Source: an uncultured Acidobacteriota bacterium
GTDB lineage: Bacteria; Acidobacteriota; Thermoanaerobaculia; UBA5066; DATFVB01
Reading direction: 5' to 3'
DNA length: 64,000 nucleotides
Assembly (NCBI GenBank): GCA_963813155.1
Contig: CAWEYG010000003.1
Location: forward strand, 192,001-256,000
A model generated the notes under the pieces. The model ran no database searches and had not been told where the DNA came from. It saw only the letters and a list, made by a program, of their open reading frames with translations. The translations under genes were made by a program, and so were the position numbers. This document shows positions 24,238 to 34,104 of the stretch, piece by piece (within the stretch, counting starts at the first letter, position 1; each line of letters opens with the position of its first letter).

Positions 24238-24861
24238 ATGCCGATGGAAGCGGGTCTGGCGACGGCGCTCGGTCTCGCGATGGCCGCGGGGTTCAACGCC
24301 TGGGCGGCCGTCCTGGTCTTCGGCGGCTGCGCGCGGCTCTTTCCGTCGCTCCTGTGGGGACCGGCGGCGGACGTGTTTCGGTCCGGTCCGATTCTGACGA
24401 TCGCGCTGTTTCTCTTTGTCGCCGAGTTCCTCGCGGACAAGATTCCGCTGCTGGACCATTTCTGGAATTTTGCGCACACCTTTCTGCGGCCGGCCGCGGG
24501 CGCCGGCCTCGCTCTCGCGTGCGTGCCCGCGGAATCCCCGCTCGCGAAGATCGGGGTGGCGCTGCTCGGGGCGCTCGTGACCCTCGTCGCGCACATGGCG
24601 AAGGCCACCTCGCGCCTGACGTCGACGGCCGCGGTCTCCGGCCTTCGCCAGTTCAGCATCTCCATCGCGGAGGACGTCATCGCCGTTTCGATCGCGGCCG
24701 TCGCGATTTTCTCGCCGACGATCTCTCTCGCCGTCCTCTTCGGGGTGGTGATTCTGATGTGGATCCTCTTCTCGCGCGTCCGGCACGCGGCCGCGATTCT
24801 CTTCTTCGCCGCGGCGCATCCGCGGCGCGCCTTTCGACGCAAGCCGGAGACAGCCGACTGA
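24238..24861 (+). CDS. DUF4126 family membrane protein
   Basis: GLAMAAGFNAW, EFLADKIP.LDH.W..HTFLRPAAGA, SIAED motifs. Confidence 0.8.
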   Translation: MPMEAGLATALGLAMAAGFNAWAAVLVFGGCARLFPSLLWGPAADVFRSGPILTIALFLFVAEFLADKIPLLDHFWNFAHTFLRPAAGAGLALACVPAESPLAKIGVALLGALVTLVAHMAKATSRLTSTAAVSGLRQFSISIAEDVIAVSIAAVAIFSPTISLAVLFGVVILMWILFSRVRHAAAILFFAAAHPRRAFRRKPETAD

Positions 24862-25313
24862 TGCCCTACCTGGTCGACGGCAACAACCTCCTCGGTCTCG
24901 TGACGGGGAAATCGCGCCCGTCGGAGCAGGAGCGGCGGGACCTCCTTCGCCGGATCGCGGACCGCCTTCGGGCGGAACGCGGGCGGGTGCTCGTGGTTTT
25001 CGACGGGCCTTCCGAGAGCGGACGGAGCGAGTCGGCCCTCGGGACCCTCACGGTGCGGTATTCCGGCAACCGTTCCGCCGACGACGTGATCGTCGAAGCG
25101 GCCTCGCGGTCGCGGGCGCCGGCGGACCATTTCGTCGTGACGGACGACCGCGGCCTCGCGGCGCGGGCCCGCGAGGCAGGGGCCCGGACGCTTCCGGCGG
25201 CGACGTTCATGGATCGGATTTCGCGCTCGTCGACCTCGGAGGGGAAGCGCGACACCGTCGACGTGGCGGACTGGGTCGATTTTTTTTCCGACGATCGAAA
25301 CCGGCTTCCGTGA
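24861..25313 (+). CDS. YacP-like NYN domain ribonuclease
   Basis: YLVDGNN, VVFDG, SADDVI, VVTDDRGL acidic motifs; TGATG overlap with DUF4126. Confidence 0.85.
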   Translation: MPYLVDGNNLLGLVTGKSRPSEQERRDLLRRIADRLRAERGRVLVVFDGPSESGRSESALGTLTVRYSGNRSADDVIVEAASRSRAPADHFVVTDDRGLAARAREAGARTLPAATFMDRISRSSTSEGKRDTVDVADWVDFFSDDRNRLP

Positions 25314-25334
25314 ACGTTCTGTTACACTCCTCGC

Positions 25335-25718
<384 letters not shown>

Positions 25719-25720
25719 CT

Positions 25721-26632
25721 TTGAAGCCCCCGCGGCTGCGACCCGGGGCCGCGATCGGCGTCGCCGCCCTTTCCGGCCGGGTCGACCCGGAAAAGCTCGG
25801 CCGCGGCGTCGCCTACCTGCGCTCGCGCGGGTACGCGGTCGTCGAGGCGAACAACGTCCGCGCGGCGGACGGCGATTTTGCGGGAGACGACCGCGAACGC
25901 GCGGAAGGCTACCGGCGGTTGTTGCGCGATCCGGGCATCGCCGCGATTTTCTTCGCGCGCGGCGGATGGGGGGCGGCGCGGACGCTGGCCCATCTCGATG
26001 CCGCGGAGATCGCCGCGAATCCCAAGATCCACCTGGGCGGCTCGGACCTCGCGTCCCTGTTCTCGTTCGTCCGCCGGCGCACCGGCTTGGTCTGCTTCCA
26101 CGGCCCGATGGTCGCCGTCGATTTCGCGGCCGTCCCTCCCGATCCCGAAACGGCGCGGTCGTGGGAGGCGCAGCTCGGGGGCGAGGCGCCCGAGTTTCCG
26201 ATCGACCCCGCGGAAGTCGTTCGCCCCGGCGCCGGCGCCGGGCCGCTCGCCGGCGGCTGCCTTTCGATCCTCGCCTCGATCGAGGGGACTCCGGAATCCC
26301 TCGACACGCGCGGCACAATCCTCTTCTGGGAGGACGTCCGGGAGGAAATCTACCGCCTCGACCGGATGCTGACGCAGCTTCGGAGGGCGGGGAAGCTCGA
26401 GGGCCTCGCCGGCGTTATAATCGGCATGTTGGAAGACATTCGTCATAACGGCAGGCCGGACGAGGAGCGCCTCTCCTCGCTCTTGCGCGACCACTTCGGC
26501 GACGCGCCCTATCCCGTCTTGCGCAACTGGCCCTCCGGGCATGGTGTGCGCAACCGGACGCTGCCGCTCGGAGCCCGCGTGTCCCTCGATACCGGCCTCG
26601 GCGTCGTGCGGTTCGAGCCGGGGGTCGAATGA
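25721..26632 (+). CDS. S66 family LD-carboxypeptidase (LdcA-like)
   Basis: ARGGWG, GGSD nucleophile, FHGPM, GGCL, LFWED, GHG..N.TLPLG; TTG start chosen just after rnpB. Confidence 0.88.
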   Translation: MKPPRLRPGAAIGVAALSGRVDPEKLGRGVAYLRSRGYAVVEANNVRAADGDFAGDDRERAEGYRRLLRDPGIAAIFFARGGWGAARTLAHLDAAEIAANPKIHLGGSDLASLFSFVRRRTGLVCFHGPMVAVDFAAVPPDPETARSWEAQLGGEAPEFPIDPAEVVRPGAGAGPLAGGCLSILASIEGTPESLDTRGTILFWEDVREEIYRLDRMLTQLRRAGKLEGLAGVIIGMLEDIRHNGRPDEERLSSLLRDHFGDAPYPVLRNWPSGHGVRNRTLPLGARVSLDTGLGVVRFEPGVE

Positions 26633-27414
26633 AGGCGGTCTTCAAATCCGGAACGGGCAAGGGCGCGTCCGAGCAGTTCCTCGTGACGTACCTGATGGGC
26701 GACATCATCTTCTCCGAGGGAGACCTCGGCACGGAGATGTTCATCGTGCAATCGGGGATCGTCGAGATCTTCAAGAAGATCGGCGGCCGCCAGAAAGTCA
26801 TCTCGACGCTGGAGAAGGGGGACTTCTTCGGCGAGATGTCGGTTCTCGAGGACGTCTCGCGCACCGCGTCGGCGCGCGCGAAGACCGACGTCGAGCTCGT
26901 GAGGATCAACCAGACGACGTTCGACCAGATGATCAAGAGGGACACCGAAATTGCCGTCCGGATGCTGCGCAAATTTTCGCGCCGGCTTCGGGAAACGACG
27001 GAGCTTCTCGAGGAGGCGCTCGGCCGCAAGGTCGACTCGGTGGACTCGCCGTCGGGCGCGCATCCGGTCGAGCGCGACGAGCACGAGGTCTACCGGCTCG
27101 TCTCCCCGGACGGAAAGACCGAGTTCTTCCTCAACCGGGGCGGCGAAACGGTGATCGGGCGCGCGGACCCGGTCACCGGAATCAATCCGGACGTCGATTT
27201 GACGTCGCTCGACACTCAGCGCTCGACGTCGCGGAGCCACGCGAAGATCTCCCAGACGGACGACACTTTTCACCTGGTCGAGGAGATCGGCGTCATGAAC
27301 GGGACCTACGTCAACGATCGGCGGCTCGCGACCGGCACCCCGACCGCGATCAAAGACGGCGACATCCTGAAGTTCGGCCTGATCGCTCTCATCTTTCGGA
27401 TCACCAAGAATTAG
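26629..27414 (+). CDS. cyclic nucleotide-binding domain + FHA domain protein
   Basis: IFSEGDLG, GDFFGEMSVL...RTASARA (cNMP); VIGR...SRSHA...NGTYVN (FHA); no HTH. Confidence 0.88.
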   Translation: MKAVFKSGTGKGASEQFLVTYLMGDIIFSEGDLGTEMFIVQSGIVEIFKKIGGRQKVISTLEKGDFFGEMSVLEDVSRTASARAKTDVELVRINQTTFDQMIKRDTEIAVRMLRKFSRRLRETTELLEEALGRKVDSVDSPSGAHPVERDEHEVYRLVSPDGKTEFFLNRGGETVIGRADPVTGINPDVDLTSLDTQRSTSRSHAKISQTDDTFHLVEEIGVMNGTYVNDRRLATGTPTAIKDGDILKFGLIALIFRITKN

Positions 27415-29494
27415 CGGATCTCCAGGGATTCACCCGCCCCTTCGACTCTCCGATTCGCTGCTGGAAGAATCGGCCATCGCCCCGTCGTCCCGCCGCAAGC
27501 TTGCGGCCGCCGGCATGGAGACGGCCGCCGACCTCTTGCTCCACCTGCCGTTCCGGTACGAGGACCGGTCCGCCTTCGCTCGGATCGCCGACCTGCACGA
27601 GGGGCGGCCCGCGACCGTCTCCGCTCGCGTCGTGGACGCGCGCCTCGTTCGAACGCGGAGGCGCGGATTCACGATCCTCCGGGCCGTCGTCGAGGACGAG
27701 AGCGGGTCGATTCGCGTCACCTGGTTCAACCGGGCTTACCTCGCGCGCGCGCTGACGGCCGGAAGGCGGATCGTGCTGTACGGCGCTCCGGAAGCCGAGA
27801 AGTCCGCCCTCGTTCTGAAGAACCCGGAACACGAGATCCTGGACGAAGAAGGAGAGGATCCCGTTCACCTGGGCCGCGTCGTCGGGATCTACCGTCGGAT
27901 CGGCGAGCTCTCCGGAAAATGGGCCCGGGGGACGATCGCGGGGCTTCTCGGCCGCCTGGACGCGGCACCCAGGTCCGCCTCGAACGCGGCGGAGCTGCTG
28001 CAAGCCCTGCGGGACGTTCACTTTCCGCCGGGACCCGACTTCGAAGCGGCCGCGGGCCGGGCCCGGCGGGCGATCGCCTGGGAGGAACTGCTCGCGTTTT
28101 CGGAGCTCGTGGAGGAGCGCCGGGAGCGGCGTCGCGCAGTCTCCGTGCGGGCATGGTCCTGGTCGCCGGAGACGGCTCGCCGGCTCGTCGACCTGTTGCC
28201 CTTTCCGCTGACGAACGCGCAGAAAAAAGCGGCCTCGGAAATCGCCGCCGACCTTCGCAGCGGCTCGCCGATGGCCCGGCTACTGCAGGGGGACGTCGGG
28301 AGCGGCAAGACCGCGGTCGCGCTCCTCGCCGCCCTGCTCGCGGCCGAAAACGGGTCCCAGTCGGCGCTCATGGCGCCGACGGAGATCCTCGCGGAGCAGC
28401 ACGCCGAGACGTTCGCCCGCTGGCTCGGGGGAAGCCGCTACCGTCTCGCTCTCCTGACGGGGCGAACTCCGGAGCGCGCGCGTCGGCCCCTCCGCGCGGC
28501 CCTGCGAGCCGGGGAGATCGACCTTCTCGTCGGGACCCACACGCTGATCGAAAAACCCGTCGAGTTCCGGGATCTCGGGCTCGCGATCATCGACGAGCAG
28601 CACCGTTTCGGCGTCGTGCACCGGGCGCGGCTCTCCCGAAAGGGGCAGAAACCGCACGTTCTCGTCCTCTCGGCCACGCCGATTCCCCGTTCGCTCGCCT
28701 GGACCGTCTTCGGAGACCTCGACGTCTCCCGCATCGATGAAAAACCCCCGGGCCGGGGAAGGCTCCGGACGTACCTGCGCGGACCGGAGCGAAAGCCGCA
28801 GGTCCATCGATTTCTGGCCGAACGGCTCGCCGAAGGAGAGCGCGCGTACGTCGTCGTTCCCGCGATCGAGGATTCCGGCTCCGAGGTCGCCGCCGTGGAG
28901 GCCACCCACCGGGAAATCGCGGCATCGGTGCCCGAAGCGCGCATCGAGGACCTCCACGGAAAGCTCCCCGCGCCGAAGCGCCAGGGCGCGATCGCGGCAT
29001 TCGCCTCGGGCTCCGCGAACGTGCTCGTCGCGACGACCGTCGTGGAAGTCGGCATCGACGTGCCGGAGGCCACCGTCATGCTCGTGGAGAACGCGGACCG
29101 GTTCGGGCTCGCGCAGCTGCACCAGCTCCGCGGCCGGATCGGCAGGGGAGAACGAACGTCGCATTGCATTCTGCTCTGCTCGGAGACCGCGTCCGCCGAG
29201 GCGCGGGAGAGGCTCGCGTTCCTGGAGAAGTGCTCGGACGGATTCGTCATTTCCGAAAAAGACCTCGAGCTTCGCGGGCCGGGAGACCTGCTCGGGGCCC
29301 GGCAATCGGGCGTCCCGGGCTTTCGGGTCGCCGATCCGGTCGGGGGAGTGGAAGAGCTTCGAAAGGCCCGCGAAGAGATCGCCCGCCGCCGGGCGCGGGG
29401 AGAGAAGACCGCGAGCGATCTCTTTCCGGAGAAGCGCGCTGTGATAGAAACCGGATCTACCGGGGAAACAGACAGGGAGGGGCAAGAGGGATGA
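27411..29494 (+). CDS. recG: ATP-dependent DNA helicase RecG (first ATG 27515; true start probably ~27411 with one base lost)
   Basis: LPFRYEDR, LQGDVGSGKT, DEQHRFG, SATPIPR, GLAQLHQLRGRIGR, DLELRGPG; RecG-like sequence continues upstream of the ATG. Confidence 0.95.
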
Positions 29495-30426
29495 GAGTCG
29501 CCGTGACCGGTGCGACCGGATTCGTCGGGGGATACGTCGTCAACGAATTGCTGCGCCGGGGGCATGCCGTTCGCGTGCTCGTGCGGGGCGACGCCGCGCG
29601 CTCCCGATTCAACCGTCCCGTGGAGTCGGCGCAGGGAGACGTCACCGACCCCGCCTCGCTCGACCCGTTCGCCTCGGGCTGCGACGCGCTCGTCCATCTC
29701 GTCGGGATCATCCACGAAAAAGGGGGACGCTCGTTCGACCAGATCCACCGGCAGGGGACGGAGAACGTCGTCGTCGCCGCGACCCGGGCGGGCGTGCGCA
29801 AATACGTTCACATGTCCGCGATGGGCGCGTCGGCCTCCGCTCCGTCGGAGTATGGCAGGTCGAAGGCGATGGGGGAGGAGGCGGTAAAGCGGTCGAAGCT
29901 CGACTGGACGATCCTGCGCCCCTCGATCGTCTTCGGGCCGGGGGACGGGTTCGTCTCGCTCTTCGCAAAGATCATCCGTCTCAACCCGGGGTTCATCCCC
30001 GTGATCGGCCCCGGGACCGTGAGGTTCATGCCGGTCTCGGTCTTCGACGTGGCCCGCCTCTTTGCCGACTCGCTCGACAAGACGGAGGCGTCCCGCAAGT
30101 CGTTCGAAGTCGGCGGCCCGGACATCTTCACGATGGACGAGATCGACCGCGAGATCGCCGCCGCGCTCGGCAAGCCGGGAAAGCCACTCGTTCACTTTCC
30201 GGTCTGGGTCGGGTCTCTTCTCGCGGCGGCGACGTCGCTCGTTCCCCGGTGGGTAATCCCGAAGCCGTTCCTGACGCGCGACCAGCTGCGCTCCCTCTCC
30301 CAGGACAACGTCGGCGACACGTCGGCGACCCTTGCGACGTTCGGTCCGATTGCGCGCGACTTCCGATCCGGAATCCGCGAGTACGTCCGGCCGAAGTCTC
30401 GCCACGATCCGACGATCGGGATCTAG
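29491..30426 (+). CDS. NAD-dependent epimerase/dehydratase, NDUFA9-like family
   Basis: VTGATGFVG, HLVGII.E, HMSAMGA, YGRSK, RPSIVFG. Confidence 0.88.
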   Translation: MRVAVTGATGFVGGYVVNELLRRGHAVRVLVRGDAARSRFNRPVESAQGDVTDPASLDPFASGCDALVHLVGIIHEKGGRSFDQIHRQGTENVVVAATRAGVRKYVHMSAMGASASAPSEYGRSKAMGEEAVKRSKLDWTILRPSIVFGPGDGFVSLFAKIIRLNPGFIPVIGPGTVRFMPVSVFDVARLFADSLDKTEASRKSFEVGGPDIFTMDEIDREIAAALGKPGKPLVHFPVWVGSLLAAATSLVPRWVIPKPFLTRDQLRSLSQDNVGDTSATLATFGPIARDFRSGIREYVRPKSRHDPTIGI

Positions 30427-30482
30427 CGGGCCGCGAAACCGTCCGCCTCGACCATTCCGCCGCGATCTGCTAAATTCGATCG

Positions 30483-31166
30483 ATGTCTTTTCAAGTCGTG
30501 GAAATCGCGGTCGTCGTGGCCGTCGTGCTTTTCGCGATCTCGTTCCACGAGTCCGCGCACGCCTGGACGGCGCTCAAATTCGGGGACCCGACCGCCCGGG
30601 ACCTCGGCCGTATCTCGTTGAATCCGCTTCACCACATCGACCCCTTCGGAACGGTGCTGCTCCCCCTGATCCTGGTGCTGATGCACCAGCCGCCGTTCGG
30701 GTACGCGAAGCCGACGCCCGTCGATCTTCGCAACACGAGCAATCCGCGCCTCGCGAATTTCTGGGTGTCGGCAGCGGGACCCGGCTCGAACTTTGTCGCC
30801 ATGCTCGGCAGCGCGATCGTGCTGATCGTGATCGGAAGAAGCGCCCCCGACGCCGTCCTGGCGGCGTTCCAGGGGGCGCCGGGAACCGGTATCCTCGCCC
30901 CGATCGCGTTTATTCTGGTTCAACTCGTCCAGATCAACCTCGTTCTCGGCGTCTTCAACCTGATCCCCGTCCCTCCCATGGACGGCAGCGGGATCCTGTT
31001 CTCCGTTCTGGGACGCCGGGGGCTCGCGCTCGAGATGTTCTTTCACCGTTACTCATTCCTGATGTTCATCCTGATCATGCTGATGTTCTATGCGGGAATT
31101 TTCCAGATGATCCTGACCCCGATTCTGCGGGTCGCCATTGGACTGATCCTGCGGGGAATTTCGTGA
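30483..31166 (+). CDS. site-2 protease (M50) family protein
   Basis: HESAH, GDPT, SLNPL.HIDPFG, AAGP, FNLIPVPPMDG. Confidence 0.92.
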   Translation: MSFQVVEIAVVVAVVLFAISFHESAHAWTALKFGDPTARDLGRISLNPLHHIDPFGTVLLPLILVLMHQPPFGYAKPTPVDLRNTSNPRLANFWVSAAGPGSNFVAMLGSAIVLIVIGRSAPDAVLAAFQGAPGTGILAPIAFILVQLVQINLVLGVFNLIPVPPMDGSGILFSVLGRRGLALEMFFHRYSFLMFILIMLMFYAGIFQMILTPILRVAIGLILRGIS

Positions 31167-31951
31167 ACGAGACCGCGCCCCACGGAGGCTCCGGGCAGGA
31201 ACTTCCCCCGGTCGACATCGGGGCGTTCTCGGGCCCGCTCGATCTCCTGCTCCACCTGATCCGCATCAACGAGGTCTCGATCACCGACATCCCGATCGTC
31301 GAGATCACGCGGCAGTACACGGATTACCTCGACCTGATGAAGGAGCTGGACCTCGACGTCGCGGCCGACTACATCTACCTCGCCGCCGTCCTGGTCCACA
31401 TCAAGTCGAGGTGTCTTCTGCCCCGCGACGAGACCGCCGGCGACGCCGAAGACCCGCGCAGCGAACTCGTCGCCCGGCTGCTCGAATACGAGAAATTCAA
31501 GCGCGCGGCCGAGAGCTTCCACGAAATCGACACTCTCCGGGCGGGGCTGTGGGCTCGGCCCGAAAAACCGCCGAAGATCTCGGCGGAGGAAGGCCTCGCG
31601 ACCCTCGAGGTGTCGCTCGTCGATCTCGTCGGGTCGTTCCGCATCGCTCTCGACCGGTACCGCCTCGCCCATCCCGCGACGATCGAGCTCGAGCACCCGC
31701 GCTTCTCCCTGCGCGACAAGATGATCGAGCTGCTCGCCCGCGCGGAAGAGCGCGGCACGCTTCCGCTCCTCGAATGGCTCGGGGCGCTGCGATACCGCGC
31801 GGAAGCGATCACGACGTTTCTCGCCGCTCTCGAGCTGACGAGGCTCGGCGTTCTGCGGATCTTCCAGTCCGCGCCGTTCGCCGAAGTGCACGTCTCCCGG
31901 ACCGACATGGAATTCGACGCGGCGCGCATTCGGGACGACTACCATGACTGA
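31163..31951 (+). CDS. scpA: segregation and condensation protein A
   Basis: FSGPLDLLLHLI, IKSRCLLP, TFLAALEL. Confidence 0.93.
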   Translation: MNETAPHGGSGQELPPVDIGAFSGPLDLLLHLIRINEVSITDIPIVEITRQYTDYLDLMKELDLDVAADYIYLAAVLVHIKSRCLLPRDETAGDAEDPRSELVARLLEYEKFKRAAESFHEIDTLRAGLWARPEKPPKISAEEGLATLEVSLVDLVGSFRIALDRYRLAHPATIELEHPRFSLRDKMIELLARAEERGTLPLLEWLGALRYRAEAITTFLAALELTRLGVLRIFQSAPFAEVHVSRTDMEFDAARIRDDYHD

Positions 31952-32588
31952 CGCTCGCTCCCGGCTCGGCGCCGCGATCGAGGCGATCCTGTTCGCCTCG
32001 GGAAGACCGGTCGCGATCAAGGACCTGGCGCAGCTGCTGGAAGCGGAGCCCGAGGAGATCCGCGACGCGCTCGCGCTCCTCGCGGAGCACGCGTCCCCGG
32101 AGGGCAGGGGAGTGTCCCTCGAGGAGGTAGCGGGAGGTTGGCGCTACGTGACCCGGCCCGAGCACGACGGCCTGCTTCGGCGCTTCTTCGAGATCAGCGA
32201 GAGGAGCCGGTTGTCGCTTGCCGCTCTCGAGACTCTCGCGATCGTCGCCTATCGCCAGCCGATCACGGCGCCGGAAATTTCGGACTTGAGGGGAGTGAAT
32301 TCCTCCGGAGTTCTGAAGACTCTGTTCGACAAGAAGCTGATCACGACGGCGGGAAAAAAACCCGTCGTGGGCACGCCGTTTTTCTACCGGACGACGCGGG
32401 AGTTCCTCATCCGTTTCGGGCTCAACGACCTGGCCGACCTGCCGCGGCCCGAGGAGCTCGACAGCGACTTCGCCGCCGAGCCGGAAGCCGCCGACTCGGG
32501 CACCGCCGAGCCGGCCGAGGCCGGGCCGTCCGAAGCGGCCTCGATCGCGGAAGCCACGCCGGAGTCGGTCGGACGCCCGTCCGAATGA
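31944..32588 (+). CDS. scpB: segregation and condensation protein B
   Basis: IEAILFAS, LSLAALETLAIVAYRQPIT, RGVNS, YRTTREFL..FGL. Confidence 0.95.
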   Translation: MTDARSRLGAAIEAILFASGRPVAIKDLAQLLEAEPEEIRDALALLAEHASPEGRGVSLEEVAGGWRYVTRPEHDGLLRRFFEISERSRLSLAALETLAIVAYRQPITAPEISDLRGVNSSGVLKTLFDKKLITTAGKKPVVGTPFFYRTTREFLIRFGLNDLADLPRPEELDSDFAAEPEAADSGTAEPAEAGPSEAASIAEATPESVGRPSE

Positions 32589-33346
32589 GCGGAGAACGGC
32601 TCCAGAAGATCCTCTCGGCCGCGGGCCTGTGTTCGCGGCGGGAAGCGGAGGAATGGATCGAGGAGGGCCGCGTGCTCGTCAACGGCGCGAAGGCCTCTCT
32701 CGGGCAGAAGGCCGACCTCGCGCGGGACGCGATTCGCGTCGACGGCAAGCTGCTTCGGCCGAACCAGAGTCCTCGCCGATATGTCCTGCTGAACAAGCCG
32801 AAGGGCTACATCACGACGACCGACGACCCCGAGGGCAGGCCGACGGTCCTTTCGCTGATCCCGCCGGGTCTGCGGAAGGGACTGAAGCCGGTCGGGCGCC
32901 TCGACCTCGCTTCCGAAGGACTGTTGATCCTGACCGACGACGGCGATTTCGCGCAGGCCGTCGCGCACCCCTCGAGCGGCTTCGCAAAGAACTATCGCGT
33001 GAAGGTCTGGGGCGAGCCGGCGGAAAAAGACCTCGAACGGCTTCGCCGCGGCATCCTGATCGATGGCCGGCGAACCCGCCCGTGCGAAATCGAAAGCCAC
33101 CACACGACGACGGGCAAGAAGCCGCAGGAAGGGAATACGTGGCTGACGGTCGTTCTCCACGAGGGGCGAAGCCGGCAGATCCGGAAGATGTTCGATCGGA
33201 TCGGCCATCCCGTCTCGAAGCTCCGTCGGGTCTCGATCGGCCCGATCCGCGACGAGAAGCTCCGCGCGGGAGCCTTCCGGGCTCTCACCCGGGACGAGGT
33301 CCGAAAGCTTGCGCCGAAGGCCAAGGCCCCGGGCCGGAATGGGTGA
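32585..33346 (+). CDS. rluB: RluB/RsuA family pseudouridine synthase
   Basis: S4 domain ERLQKILS.AG.CSRR, LNKPKG, GRLD, EGRSRQIRKM; follows scpAB. Confidence 0.85.
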   Translation: MSGERLQKILSAAGLCSRREAEEWIEEGRVLVNGAKASLGQKADLARDAIRVDGKLLRPNQSPRRYVLLNKPKGYITTTDDPEGRPTVLSLIPPGLRKGLKPVGRLDLASEGLLILTDDGDFAQAVAHPSSGFAKNYRVKVWGEPAEKDLERLRRGILIDGRRTRPCEIESHHTTTGKKPQEGNTWLTVVLHEGRSRQIRKMFDRIGHPVSKLRRVSIGPIRDEKLRAGAFRALTRDEVRKLAPKAKAPGRNG

Positions 33347-34013
33347 GACTCCCCGGATCATCGCGATCGACGGCCCGTCGGGCGCCGGAAAATCGACGCT
33401 CGCGCGCACCCTTGCCGCCCGGCTCGACCTTCCTTACCTCGACACGGGGGCCATGTACCGGGCCGTCGGCCTGCTCGCCCGCCGGAACGGAATCCCGCTT
33501 CCGATCGCGGACCTCGACGCGGTCGCCGAGCTGGCCCGCCGGTCGCGAATCGACCTCGCGACGTCTCCCTCGGGAACGTCCGTCTGGCTCGACGGCGACG
33601 ACGTTTCTCTCGCGATTCGGGAGCCCGAGATCTCTCTTTATGCCTCGGCCGTTTCGGCGATTCCGGGCGTCCGCCGCCTGCTCGTCGCCCGCCAGCGGGA
33701 GATCGGCCGGGAAAAGGGGGGCGTCATCGAGGGGCGGGACATCGGCTCGAAGGTATTCCCCGACACGCCGTACAAGTTCTATCTGACCGCGAGCGAGGAG
33801 GAGCGGGCCCGCCGGCGCCATGCCGAGCTTGAGGCCCGGGGCCTCTCCGAGCCCTACCCGAAGGTCCTCGACGAGATGCGGCAGCGCGACCGGAACGATT
33901 CCGACCGGGCCGATTCCCCCCTCCAGATCACCGAGGGCCACATCCGCCTGGACAGCGACGGGAAGACCCCGGAGGAGATCGTCCGCGAAGTCCTTGGGCT
34001 CGTAGGCCCTTGA
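33339..34013 (+). CDS. cmk: cytidylate kinase
   Basis: IAIDGPSGAGKST, LDTGAMYRA, EGRDIG, RDRND..R..SPL. Confidence 0.95.
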   Translation: MGETPRIIAIDGPSGAGKSTLARTLAARLDLPYLDTGAMYRAVGLLARRNGIPLPIADLDAVAELARRSRIDLATSPSGTSVWLDGDDVSLAIREPEISLYASAVSAIPGVRRLLVARQREIGREKGGVIEGRDIGSKVFPDTPYKFYLTASEEERARRRHAELEARGLSEPYPKVLDEMRQRDRNDSDRADSPLQITEGHIRLDSDGKTPEEIVREVLGLVGP

Positions 34014-34039
34014 CTCGTTTACAGTTTCCGGGTTAGATT
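34010..34039 (+). promoter_or_regulatory. sigma70-type promoter for rpsA
   Basis: TTGACT(34010-15)-18 nt-TAGATT(34034-39) in an AT-rich patch. Confidence 0.55.
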
Positions 34040-34104
34040 CACCTTTTGGGAAAATCCAGGTGCCAGGAGAAAAAGATCGCTTGAAGGAGTCCAAAAACCA
34101 CTCG

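Noticed and set aside
27405-27515. Non-canonical (ATT/CTG) start codon for recG
   Set aside because: Restoring one G at AATTAGCGGA gives TTG-AGC-GGA in frame, the same TTGAGC overlap seen at hprK/rapZ and lptC/A-lptB; an indel is the simpler explanation
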